DNA of 64,000 nt, from NCBI RefSeq assembly GCF_038025025.1, contig NW_027117343.1, positions 1,426,001 through 1,490,000 of the forward strand, written 5' to 3'. This DNA comes from Phyllosticta citribraziliensis (taxonomy: Eukaryota). Each line of letters starts with the position of its first letter. Positions within the stretch are counted from its first letter, which is position 1. The position numbers were made by a program, and so were the translations under genes. The notes under the pieces are model-generated. The model did no database searches and was not told the DNA's origin. It worked only from the letters and a program-made list of their open reading frames with translations. Below, piece after piece: positions 25,639 through 37,804 of the stretch.

Positions 25639-26155
25639 ACGCATCCTTTCTTCCCGAGGTAGTCAAAGCCAGCCAGCCATTTCGGCTGGCCGCGCGAATT
25701 CGAGCACCGTTTGGCCTGATCTTGCTTGCCTCTCCCCCGCCCGCCGTGTGTAGATTCTAAATCTTTGACAAGACAAGCTCGCTTTATCCTATTTTCCTCG
25801 TCTCCCCTGCGTCGTTGGTCTGTGTAGAAACGTGAGACGGCAGCAGTCTGTCGAATTTCATTGTTGAGCTGTGAATGAGACGTGCGTGTGTTGTCAAATT
25901 GCGCGACTTGCGTTGCCCCCGTCGGTCAGCGGTAATGTCGATCGAATCGATTAATCACCCTACTTCTACTTGTTTCAGCGCCGCAATTCTCACTCTACCG
26001 TACCGGACAGCGCCAATTGATCTTTTCTGTCCTTTCTCTGACCAAACGCCCCTGACCACCACCACAATCGCGCTAGTACACCACGCCCTACTATTCCATT
26101 CCCCGTCAAGCACGCATACACACGTCCAACCAACCCAACCCCTCCCTCTCAGAAC

Positions 26156-26449
26156 TCATCTCACGACGCCCGCCCCCGCCATGCGCACCTCAGCCGCCGT
26201 CCGATACCGCGCCACAAACGCCGACGCAGCGTCGACGGCTTCGGTAGCGGCGCTGCTGCTGCTGCCGCCAGTCGTTCTGCCGCCGTCATTTATCCTGCTG
26301 CCTTCGGTCGCAACAACAGTGGTAGCATTAGGAGTGGTAGCGGTCGCAGCAGCTAGTTTCTTGATAAAGGCCAGTTTGGCCATGGCGTCGCATTCGCCGG
26401 CGATGTCTTGGACGGCGGCGAAAGCTGTGTGGAGAAAAGGGGTAAGCAT

Positions 26450-26495
<46 letters not shown>

Positions 26496-29151
26496 GTGCA
26501 AGGAGGATGAGGGAAGGTCAGGAGTGGGATGGGGTGGGCGCTCACATTCTCTGGCGTTCTCGAGCATCGTCTCCGCGACGGCGAGGCGGGCGGCGCGAGT
26601 GCTGCGCTGGTTTGCCGGGCTGTTGGACGAAGGCGCCGCCGCGTCATTCGCTGCAGCGGTGGTGGTCGTGGCGTCGGTGCTGGTGTGTTGAGAAGCGCTG
26701 CCTGCCAGGCCCATGTGTGCGTCTGCTTGCAGCGCGTAGAGGCGGCCGCAAAGATACTGGTCGCCGCCCTCGAGAGCCTGAAGAAGAGAGGAGCGTTAGT
26801 AGAGAAAGGCGTGTCGCGTTGTCTGGCGGGAGAGTCAACACACCTGCGGAATAACAGCGTCGCCCAACCTGGCCGCGGCTTCAAACTCGCCCATGGCGAC
26901 GAGCGCGCCCTCGACAACAGCCAGCGCCTCCCACAGCGCTGGCCACAGCTTCGCGCGATGCGCCGAGGCAGCCGCACGCATAGCGGCGCTGAAGCCCTTG
27001 AGCGGGTGGCCTGCGTGCGCGAAGAGCGCTGCTTTCAGGATGAGCAGCTGGATGCGCCGGTAAATGTCGCCGCCGCCGTGCAGCTGCTGGTTCTCGCGCT
27101 TGAGCTCGGCCGCAGCCGCCTCGACGCGTTGGAGCGCTGCGCTGTAGGCGCCCATGTTGTGGACGAGGTGCTCGATTTCGAGGAGGAAGAGGTCGAATTG
27201 GAGGGTTGGATCTGAGGGCTGGGAGGAGCGGAGGCGGCGGAGGAGGTTTTCGGCGCTGTGGCTGTCTCTTCTGTTTGGGCGTTAGTGGCGTTTGAATGAG
27301 AGGAGAAGAGTTGAGAGACGAGGCAGTAATGCTCGTCAAGGAGCCAGATGTGCGGAGGGCAACATACCTTCGTATTGCGCGCCTCGCCTTGAGCAAAGCC
27401 ATGTAGCTCGTAATGTACTGATTGACCTTGACAGTGCGGTGGTCTTTTGAGTCGATTGCCTGCATCATTTCAAAGGCTTCTGAATAGCAACCAGACTTGA
27501 CCTTCTGCGTTTATTTAGTTGCACGTCATAATCCAAGCTTAGGAAATAGTTACCGTCAAAGCACTGGAACATGTTGCGCGAACGACTTCTTCCACGGGAC
27601 AAAAAGGTCGGAAGGATTGTTGGAGCAAGCCGCTCGATTCCTCCGAGAGGTGTGTTTGCCCTGAGCCTTGTGAGAAAAGAGACTGAAGTGAGAAGAGCAG
27701 TCTTACCAAGACGTCCATACAAGGCAGACTGCATCAGCAACTGCGCTCCACAATTGCTCTTGATGTCATGCATAATGTTAAGATACGCAGATTGTACATT
27801 GTGTTCAAAAGCCCGGGGGATGCTAGAGCCCTGCATGCTATCAGTTTAAGCCGAAATCGGGTGTCATCGACGCACATTTGCCAGCAACATGTTGGCTTCG
27901 CGCAGCAACGTTGAGCTCAGCAGGCTGAAATTCTTGGACTCCTTTGCCTTTGCTTTGAGAAAAGCTAGACCATCTCTTTCTGTACCGAGAATTCCACCGC
28001 AGCTGGACGGGTCAATTTCTTTGGGATGAGATTTCGCGAGGTGGTTCAGCCAGCTGAGTCCAAAGTTCAAGCAGCTCATGTCTTGATTTTCTCGCGCCGT
28101 GGCTATCGTCTCGTTCATGGCCGCTATGGCCTCGTTGAAGCATCCAAAGTCGGCCTGCAAAATGGCCATGTGCAGTAAGGCGTACTGGTAAAAGGTCTTT
28201 TCCCTGGTCTGGACAGTATAGTCAAAGTAGCGGTGGAGGTTATCAAATGCCGATGTATAATCACCGGCCCTCCAGCTGTCAAAGAATCTGGTGGCGTCAG
28301 CAGTTGCTGGATTGAATGTTTGGGTCTTCTCACTTGACAAAATGGGCAAGCGAGGGAATGGTGGTCGACGGACCGAGCATCCGCTGCAGCTCCTGACGCA
28401 TGTCGTCGGGTACGCGATTACCAAATTCTGGAGCGAGTTAGTACGAGATTTATGCAGCGAGGGAATTTGTACTTTGAAGTTGGTCCAACTGAAAGGTCAA
28501 CAGGCGTTCAAAGTCGTCGACACTCGCGTAACCGTCGTGGCTCTCATCCCATGCATCGGCATATGCCACCATGGATAGACCATCAGAGGCTTGAAGATTG
28601 AGTTCCTCGAGATTCTTGTCCCAAGATAGGGTAGAATCTGCGGAATTCTGCTGCAAGAGACTCGCAGTAGGCTGACGGTAGCTGACAAAGGCCATCCAAA
28701 GCTTGCTGGCGTCATGGAACTGCAGGCGCGCAAATTCAAGCTGCGAGCGCCGCACGAACATGCCGAGTGGCGACGTTCTCGAGAGCTTGATGGAATCATC
28801 GTCGGGGGCCTGGGATGCATCGTGTGGAGGGCGGAGGAGAAGATTGCCGAGGTCGTCGAAGAATTGGTGAAGAGCATGCAACGAGTCTATGTTCCACAGC
28901 CGTGAGAGAAAAAGGAAAAGCAAAGATTCTTCAGATGCCGGACAAAAGTGAGGCGAGAGAACGGCGGCAAAGTCGTTGAGAGTGAGGCCAAGACATGTGG
29001 TCGCATCGACTTCGGCGGATGGAGGAGAGATTATTTGGTTTGTGACGAAAGAGAGGACGGGGACGACGGCGGATGCGGGTACCTGCGAGTCACAGTACAG
29101 AGTGGTGAGAGCCAACAGGCTGATTTTTTGCGGATTGAGGTATCGGGCCAT
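26156..29151 (-). CDS. APC5: Anaphase-promoting complex subunit 5
   Basis: MARYLNPQKISLL, SRTSPLGMFVRR, WRAGDYTSAFDNLHRYFDY, YQYALLHMAILQADFG, ETIATARENQD; about 6 introns; usual COX13 neighbour. Confidence 0.93.
26451..26494. repeat. (CGA)14+ microsatellite in the last APC5 intron
   Basis: Perfect trinucleotide run between the minus-strand GTGAGC donor and ACAG acceptor. Confidence 0.9.
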
Positions 29152-29376
29152 GGCGATGGATTAGGGTGACGAGAAGGAAGACGGACACGGGAGCATCATC
29201 AGCAAGTGGTGAGGATGTCTTTGTCCAAGCGAGGAATGGTCCATGTTCATGATGTTCGCGTGTTGTTTGGCGCGGTCCGCGCTAGAGACGCCGAGACACA
29301 GCCACACGCCACAGCAACTCCTATAGACATTTACCCTACGCGTTTCCATCTGAATTGAACCCCATTTTAATACCCT

Positions 29377-30176
29377 TCAATCCTCACCCCGCTTTTCGGT
29401 AGTGTCCACGCGCCTGCCCCTCCCAGCTTCACGCTCCTCAGGTTCGTTGTTGGTGGCATATATCTGGCTGATGCACAATTCAAATGGACCAGGCAGCCTG
29501 TCCGTCAAGCTAATCCCCACGGTGCGCACCTTTTGCCTAAGCATCTCCCCCTCAGGTTGCACCCGCATGCCATGGTTTGTACGCACGAATTCGTCAAAGT
29601 TTATGAGCACCGTCTCCCACTTGCCCGGAGTGCGAGCATAGAGTCGATGCTGGTGTAGGTCTGTCGGCACAATCGAGTCCGTCTGAAGGTTTACAAAGTA
29701 CTTGCGGCCATCAGACTTGATGCGCAGCGCGAGGTACCGGTAGGGGTCAATGTCCCAAACAGAGCGTCCAAACAACGTGGGTCCCTGGTCTCGCGTCCTC
29801 CAGCCAGCGTATCCCGTACGCATAATCTTCATGCTGTCTTTGGGCAGCTCGGTGGATATGGTGCCGTGGAAGCGGGCATGCGATGGCACTCCTTTGGAGG
29901 CGGGGACGTGGTCGAATTTGACCTCGGAGAAGCCGCCCGTGTCCTTGTCGGACATGCGCTTGCAAGGCTCGACGGCATCTGGGTTGGAAAAAGTGACCAG
30001 GTTATACGGCTTGGTGGGTTCGTACAAGCCTTCAAATTTGGAGGCTACGGCAAGACGAATTAGCGGATGGTTGTGGGCAGCGAATGGCACATGCCTATGG
30101 TGGCTCTCCGCTTGAGCTCCTCCCAGCTGCGTTTGAAGAAGCCCGGCGGGCGGGCGAGCGGCGACGTGACGCGCAT
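29377..30176 (-). CDS. CIA30: Complex I intermediate-associated protein 30 (NDUFAF1)
   Basis: GFFKRSWEEL, MSDKDTGGFS, RTGYAGWRT, YLALRIKSDGRKYFVNLQT, TDLHQHRL, FVRTNHG; GC-AG intron 30045-30094. Confidence 0.93.
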
Positions 30177-30587
30177 GGCGATTGGGCAATGTGGTGATGT
30201 CTGGTGTAGCTGCGGCCATCGGACATGACATGACGGTGTCCGGGTGTGGCTAGGTGCGGCGCGTCATCCCCGCGACTCGCAGGCGGTGAGCACGGCCGAC
30301 GCGACGGACATGCAGTGCGGTGGCCAGCTGGAGTGGCTGAGGTGTTGCTGTCGGCAGGCCTTTTACCGATTGAATTTCTGCCCGCGCCACCATCATCCAC
30401 TCACTCGACCACTACCATTGCAACAGTTCCTAATCCTCGCCCTCCTCTCCTCCGTTCCGTCTACCTCCTCGGCCTCACCATCCAAGCACTCCGTCCTGCT
30501 CCTACGCCCCGACCAATCGCAACCCTTCGATAAATTGCTGCCCAGCACCGCCAGTTTACCCAGTGCTGCCTTCAACACGCTTCGTAT

Positions 30588-31829
30588 ATGACATTAGAAT
30601 CCGGCCGCGAGACTCGATCCTTTCGAGAAAACCCTCCACATATCGAGCAAACACCACTGTCACAATCTCGCGAGACTGGCGATGTCTTGTTAAAAACAGA
30701 CCCGACGGGCCCAGAAGCTGCCGACAAGGTCTCGCCATTTGCAAAATCATGGGCACACTTTGTCGCCGGCGCGTACGTCTGCCAGTCGTGCCCTCGCGAA
30801 CATGGCTAACTTTCCTAGAATTGGCGGAACAGCCGCGGCGACCCTCACGGCGCCTTTTGACGTCCTCAAGACCCGTCTTCAGTCCGACTATTACCACAAA
30901 CAGCTGCTAGCTTCCCGAGCCGCCCGCGGTGTACCCTCTCCAGACTCCATGACCTTTACAAGAAGCGCTGCGCTACATTTCCGCGAGACGTTCCAAATCC
31001 TCTTTGCCATCCCGCGTACCGAGGGCTGGCGCGCGCTCTTCAAAGGATTAGGACCTAACCTAGTTGGCGTGGTCCCGGCCCGCGCCATCAACTTTTATAC
31101 ATATGGAAATGGCAAGCGGCTCATAAGTACATATCTCAATGACGGCCAGGAGGCAGCCTGGGTACACCTCTGCGCGGCCGCATGTGCCGGCATAGTCACT
31201 GGTACCGCGACAAACCCAATTTGGCTTGTCAAGACACGGCTACAGCTGGACAAGTCACACGCAAAGGAGTTGGGTGGTGGTAGACAGTACAAGAACGCGC
31301 TCGATTGCACCATGCAGACACTCAGATTAGAAGGCATCCGCGGATTGTACAAGGGTCTCAGCGCAAGCTATTTGGGGGTCACCGAGAGCACACTCCAGTG
31401 GATGCTCTACGAACAAATGAAGATGGGACTCGCCAACAGACAGGAGAGGATTGATGCCTCTGGGCGGGAACCCACCTTCTCGGACAAGGTCATTTCCTGG
31501 ACAGGAGGGCTTGGTGCGGCTGGCACTGCCAAGTTCATCGCTACCATCTTGACGTATCCACACGAGGTATGACATCGCCCGACGTGAGAGGATCATTCTG
31601 ACAAGTCTAGGTTGTGCGCACGCGACTGCGTCTGGCCCCCGAGGCTAACGGTCTCCCCAAATATACCGGTCTCGTGCAGTGTTTCCGCCTCATCGCCAAG
31701 GAGGAAGGGTTTGCAGGCTTGTACGGAGGGTTGACGCCGCATTTGCTCAGGACGGTGCCCAGTGCAGCCATCATGTTTGGTACATACGAGACGGTGCTCA
31801 AGCTGCTGGGCACGACGTCGAAGGTTTAA
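30588..31829 (+). CDS. RIM2: Mitochondrial pyrimidine nucleotide carrier Rim2
   Basis: KSWAHFVAG; three carrier motifs PFDVLKTRLQ, PIWLVKTRLQ, PHEVVRTRLR; GLGPNLVGVVPARAINFYTYGNGK. Confidence 0.92.
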
Positions 31830-32612
31830 AAAAGTTGTTTGTTTTCAATGACGCTGTAAAATGACTGGCCCTCTCCCCTTTTCCTCACCTTGCTACATGT
31901 TTGAGCTCGGCCGGTCTTCATGTACTCTATGCGCGGCGTTTAGAGAAGGCTATTCCCCTGGGACGGAAGTTGGATCCAATGTCCATAGCAACAGTGCAGT
32001 CCGCTCCATCATTTGCGATTGGCGTTGATTGTGCTTGTATCTGTACTTATGAGTGGCAGAAAAAATGTGCGTATGGGAGTTTGTCGTCACGTGTGCAGAT
32101 TTCGGGGATGATTTTTGTGGAAAATGATTCCAACGCACGCAAAAACGGTGCTTTGCAGTAGATACCAAGTGGATGGTACTTGAAATTCAGAGAACGTTTT
32201 GATGCTGTCGTCGCCGCTCATCGTCTGTGGTCGGGGGAAAAAAATGTCATCGCGCCAAGTTCGGCCGGCTCGCGCAACTACTGCGGCGATTCGCTGACGA
32301 CTTCAAACCATCGACGCTGACTGACAGACTGACTCCGCTTCTCTCACACCGCGTGACTATTCCAACACCAACGCAACTGGAAAAGGTGAGGACGGAATTT
32401 GGATTTCTCTACGCGTGCTTCGCTTTCGTTTGCTGTATCCCCGCATCATTCACTACACCACGCCCAGCATTGCTACCATCCCAGTCATCTCAACTTTCTG
32501 ACTCGACCGCGACTCACCTCACTTCTGTCATTTTCTACTTGACTCCTGATCTCTGATTCCTCTCCAGTCTTTCCCCGGGCCGAAATCGGCGTTGCATCAA
32601 CGAAACGGCAAA

Positions 32613-33909
32613 ATGGCAATATACGCAGTCGTCGAGACGAAGCTTGAAGGCAAGCTGCGGCTCGTGGCGCGCGGAAAGGTGCGCGATGTGTACGAGCTGG
32701 ACAGCGAGAGCCTGCTGTTTGTGGCCACGGACCGCATCTCGGCGTACGATGTTATCATGAAGAACGTGAGTCCGTAGTTTCTCAGCCACTTTTCTCACCC
32801 GCGGTCGTCTCAAATAAAGTCTTTGTCTTTGTTTGCACATGGGCAGAGGGATAGGGAAAAAAGAGATGGCCTCCAATCCGAACACCCCCTAACAGCAGCA
32901 CTCAGGGCATCCCGCAAAAAGGCGCCCTCCTAACCGCGCTCTCCTCGCACTGGTTCACCTACCTCACCTCGCAAATCCCCTCCCTGCGAACCCACTTCCT
33001 CTCCTCCTCGGTGCCGTCGTCGATCCCGCTCGACGAGACCGAGCGCGCGCAGCTGGCCCGCCGCAGCATGCGCGTCAGACGCCTGCAAATCTACCCCATC
33101 GAGGCCATCGTGCGCGGCTACATCACCGGCTCCGCCTGGGCCGAGTACCGCAAGACGGGCACCGTCCACGGCACTCCCATGCCGGAGGGCCTTCAGGAGA
33201 GTGAGGAGCTGCCTGAACCGGTTTTTACGCCCAGCACTAAGGCGGAGGTGGGCGGGAAGGACGAGAATATCTCGAAGGAGAAGGGTGAGTTTTTTCCCAT
33301 CGTGCTATCTTTTCATTTCATTTGTTTCGGGGGACGAGATGCTGTGACGAATGCTGACACGCACAGCGGCCGAAATCATCGGCGTCGACGCCGCCAAAAA
33401 TATCGAGCAGCTCAGTCTCGAGCTGTACAAAAAGGCAAGCTCCATCTGATCAATCATCCAACCGCCCATCCGACGCTGACTCCATGGACTTGTTAGGCCG
33501 CCGCCTACGCCCGCTCCGCCGGCATCATCATCGCCGACACCAAGTTCGAATTCGGCTTCGACCCGGCCGACCCCAGCACCGTCATCCTAGTCGACGAGGT
33601 GCTGACGCCCGACAGCAGCCGCTTCTGGCCGGCCGATGCGTATGCCGTGGGCAAGACGCAAGACAGCTTTGACAAGCAGGTGCGTCTACTTTCTCCCCCT
33701 TTCTCCCTAGTTTTCCAACTCTTGTGGGCGTTCTGTGGTGGATGACTGACGTACTGACGCCCGCGCAGTTCCTCCGCGACTGGCTCACGCGCGAAGGCCT
33801 CAAGGGCAAGGAGGGCGTCGAGATGCCGCTGGAGATCGTGGCGCGCACGTACGAGAAGTACGTCGAGGCGTACGAGCGCTTGACGGGGAGCAAGTGGCAG
33901 ACTCAGTAG
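32613..33909 (+). CDS. ADE1: SAICAR synthetase
   Basis: [77 protein letters not shown]; 4 introns, including GC-AG 33435-33496. Confidence 0.96.
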
Positions 33910-34464
33910 GCTGAAGCCGAGCGATGCTTCGTTGGGCCGGCGCGCCCTTTGCAATAACCTGCTGGCTTTCTTCAGAGCGCCCTATGGGTTGGTTGACCCA
34001 AAACGGCAATCCACCGCTGGCTGTTGAACGTCGAACGTCGAGAGCTTGTTCGTACTTAAGCATGAGTCACTTTTGGCCCAAAGCGGAAATCCTCTACCCG
34101 TCAACTGAATATCAAACGTCTATGCGATTCAATCATGTGCACGAGCCTCTTCATGCTGATGGTAGCTTTGGTTCCTTTCCAAACTTGGCGAGGCGGCTTG
34201 TTTGTATTGCGTTGGTCTTCTAGCTGATATGCCGCTGGCTTTGACTTTGACCCTGCACTGTACTGCTTCCCCTCTCTTTGGTCTTTCTGCAGAGGAGCCC
34301 GAGTGCGAGAGCACACGAACGCTCCTCACCACTCCCAGCCCTTCCGTTTCTATACGTCGGGCAAATGCCAATCGCAAGTTATGGCACCACCCCGCTCAGC
34401 CCTCTGCGTCCTCAATCGTCACGCAAAGAGCACCCCACACAATGCCCCCTTGCACAACCGCCTC

Positions 34465-37069
34465 TTACACAAACCTGCCCCTCTCCTCATCATCCTTCGG
34501 CACAGTCGTCACGACCTTGGCGCCGCCCTCCGCGCGCTCATCCGTCTCCACCACCAGCTCCCTCGGATCATCAAACGCATCAAACCGGACGCCCTTGACG
34601 CGGGCATAGACCATCTGACAAACAACCCTGCCCACAAACGCGACAGCGGCCCAAAGCAGCCCGCCGACAGGCGCAGCGACGAACGCGCCAAACGCACTCC
34701 AGTCGTCCGTGTACAGCCCCTTCTCCAGCAGAATGAGGTTGGCGCCGTCCTTGACGTTGCCGTAGTACACGGTGCCGAACAGCCAGACGGTGAAGATGCC
34801 GCCGAGGCCGCCCACGACGACTTCGAAGCCGCGCCACGCGTAGCAGCGGTCCCACAGGCCGATGAGCAGGACGGGGATCAGCGCCGCGGACACCAGGTCG
34901 CTGATCAGGTAGACCTGCAGCACCGAGGGGCTCTTGAGCGCGACGACGATGGTCGGCGCGATGATTAGGATCACGCCCGCGCGGATCCACCACAGCGAGA
35001 GTCGGTTGCGGAAGAGGTCGTTGGAGCCCGTGCTCACCATGGCGGACTGGAAGCTGTCGAAGGCTGACGTTGAGAGTGCGACGACCATGACTAGCACGAT
35101 GCCGATGACCCAGGCGGGCAATTGGGCTAGCAGCAGGAAGAACGACACGCTGCCGTCGGCGCTGGGCGAGCTGAGCGCCCCGCTCCACGCCGCGAGCAGC
35201 CCCGTGCTGCCGACGAGCACGAGGATGGCGGTGACGCTGGCGCTGGCGATGGCAGTGCCGATCTTCAGGTCCTTATCGGTGCGCGACGCAAAGGTGCGCA
35301 TCCAGAAGCCCGACAGGAAGAAGTCGTTGGTCAGCACGGCGACGGGCAGGATGTAGATGAGCTGCCAGCCGAGGAGCGAGGAGTCGAGCAGGCCGGACGA
35401 CGCGATGAGGCTGCGGTCGATGTGCGTCGTGGAGCCGACAGTGATGACGCCGATCAGGATCAGCCCGATGACCATGGCGGCTTGGATGTTGTTGGTTATG
35501 AACGACACCTTGAAGCCGCCCAGTGCTGTGGGGATGCGTCAGTTTGCGTGTCTTGCTGGATATAGGGGTGAGTTGGCTGGCAGCGTACTGGTGTAGATGG
35601 TCGTGACGACGCACTCGACGATGACGGCCGGCAAGCCGTCTAGCCCCGTCAGCGCGTTGACGGTCTGCTGTAGTGCAGAGAGTTCGGCGACCATGTAGAG
35701 GAACAGCGTAATCAACCTGTGCGCACCGCATCAGCCCCATTCCATCAACACCACCATCGTCTTGATAGAGGCCACCACTCACGTCATGACGCTCAAATAC
35801 AGCGCCGTCACAGCGCCATACCGCTTGCGGGTCCACTCCGTCAACACAAAGCCGTCGGGGCACTTGCGGCGAATAACGGGGCCCAGCCAGCCAAACGCCA
35901 GCAGCGGCAGGCCGGACGAGAGCGAATACACGACCAGGCCCTGCACGCCGGCAATCGTCGAGATCTCAGGGTACGTGAAGAGGATTCCCGAACCGAGTCC
36001 TGCAGGCAGCGAAAGCGCGCGCCTTGGTCAGCAAGAAAGACGGGGGAAGAAAAGGGGAGGGGAAGGGGGGTAAACAGCGGCAGCACGTTCCTCACGCAAG
36101 AATTATCTTGATCGAGTTCTTACGGTTCTTCTCAGCTTCGTTGCAGAGGAAGAGAGGAGCGGCAGCTGTAGCCAGCCAGCCAGCCCTTGAAATCCATGTC
36201 CCCCTCCATTTGAGAAGAGGGGTGGATGGAGCCATGGGCTGATTTGCTGCTGCTGCTGCTACTCCCTCTCTCTGCAACTCGGCGCCCGCAGTGAAGCCGC
36301 ACAGAAAAGCCCCGGCCGAGCTCTTCTCCTCACGCACCTACCCACCTTGCCTGCCTGCCCGTCGGCGCATCCAGCCGCTCACGCGCCCCCCAAACCCTTG
36401 CTCTTAACAACAACGCTCTCAAACAGCGCGCTCCGCCCGGCGACAGCCAGACAGCCAGATAGCCAGGCAAGGCAGGACAGCGATGACGAAGAAAGAAAAC
36501 ACGGCCGAGACCCTCTGCGAGAGATCGATCATGATACGAACCTGAGACACATCCATCCGTCGTTTCTAGTCCGCGAGAGGACGCTCGCTTGCGCCGCCGT
36601 GGCGTCGTTCGTTTTGCCACAGCATGCGAGAAAGAGGCTGCCGCCGCCGCCGTTGTGGATAGCCGTTACGCACACGCGCAGCGGCATCCGCGGGGCCCGG
36701 AGATCAACTCACCCGACGCGATGAAGTTGAGCGCAAGGGGGATCGCTGGGATGCAGTCAGCAAGCGGTTCAGCGAGCGGGGGCAAAAAAGAAGAAGGAGA
36801 TAGCGGGGCGATTGGTTGTCGCCGTCCGGGGAAGAATGGCGCCGCGTTGTTTGATGTTACCCTTTTGCGTCCTGTTGCTCGACAGGTAGTCCCCCTTGGA
36901 CTGATGGCGCAGCCGCCATGCTACAGCCACGCCGCTCAAGCTGCTCGCCGTGCGGCCGGTTAGTTTGCGCGTTGTTTGGGAGACAAGGTGCTTGTGCTGA
37001 GACGTACAGCAATGCTCCGTAGGTCAGGTATATGATGGCGTTGGACGCCTCGAACGAAGGAATGCCCAT
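34465..37069 (-). CDS. Sodium:solute symporter-family transporter (DUR31/NCU01977-type), probably thiamine-related
   Basis: Spliced N-terminus MGIPSFEASNAIIYLTYGALL..YLSSNRTQKAIPLALNFIASGLGSGILFTYPE; GGFKVSFITNNIQ, FWMRTFAS; many TM segments; riboswitch in intron 36000-36712. Confidence 0.88.
36077..36300 (-). promoter_or_regulatory. TPP riboswitch aptamer (intronic, splicing-regulating)
   Basis: Minus strand reads GCGGGCGC..(long P3 hairpin)..GCTGAGAAGAACCGTAAGAACTCGATCAAGATAATTCTTGCGTGAGGA. Contains the invariant CUGAGA, P2 GCGG/CCGU, P4 CUC/GAG and P5 CAAGA/UCUUG, just upstream of branch point GCTGAC and acceptor CAG at 36000. Confidence 0.93.
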
Positions 37070-37649
37070 CTTGAAGATACCGTGTCAGTTGTTCGAAAGT
37101 AAACCAATGCAAGTGGTTGTGATGGAGGCAATGCAATGCGACTTCGGTGGATCGAGGTTTTTAATCTGCCCGGGCCCTCGCGCTGCAGCCGACGCACGCT
37201 AAACTCAACGGAGGAACTCGGCCGGCATCATGCCATATGGGACAACTTGACGAAAGAAAAGAGTCAGAAAGCACCGCATATCGTGCGAGGGTATTTGAAC
37301 TAGCAATAGAAGCAACGATGCCCACGTTTCCATTATCTCCCTTTAGCTCTTCCCATGTTCCCTTTGAATTCGCCCCCCCGAAAATGAAATCCGACTTTGA
37401 CAAGCTACCTCTCGTGAATCGCTGCGTTAGGAAACCGTATCCCTTGGTAAATTAATCCCGCGTAGCAAATGCGTAGCGAATGCCTCCTGCAAAAAATGAA
37501 AAGAAAAAAGAACCGTGAAATAATTGGTGGAAAGACAGTCGGTCCCGAATGGACCTGCGCGATGGTCCGTGAATGTTGAAGCAAGGTGAAAGCAATCGTG
37601 TCGCGTGTATTAGTTGTCGAATCAAAGCGAGTTTTCGTCCGATGTCGAT

Positions 37650-37763
37650 GGTGAAAGTCGAGGAGCATCCCCGGCCAGCGTCGTGTGGGTGAAAGTCGAG
37701 GAGCATCCACGGCCATTTTCGTGTTGGTGAAGGTCGAGGAGCATCCTCGTCCAGTGTCGTGTG
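37650..37763. repeat. 38-bp tandem repeat, 3 copies
   Basis: GGTGAARGTCGAGGAGCATCC..CCA...TCGTGT units start at 37650, 37688 and 37726. Confidence 0.9.
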
Positions 37764-37804
37764 AAGGGGCAAATCACGTCGTAACAAGACTGCCTTGCTG
37801 AGCT

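Noticed and set aside
25875..26977. ORFs with poly-Arg, poly-Thr or poly-Ser runs
   Set aside because: Translations of the intronic (CGA)n microsatellite and of antisense or alternative APC5 frames.
37650..37763. CRISPR-like appearance (conserved core plus variable part)
   Set aside because: Eukaryotic context, variable parts are homologous to each other rather than unique spacers, only 3 units, and no cas genes.
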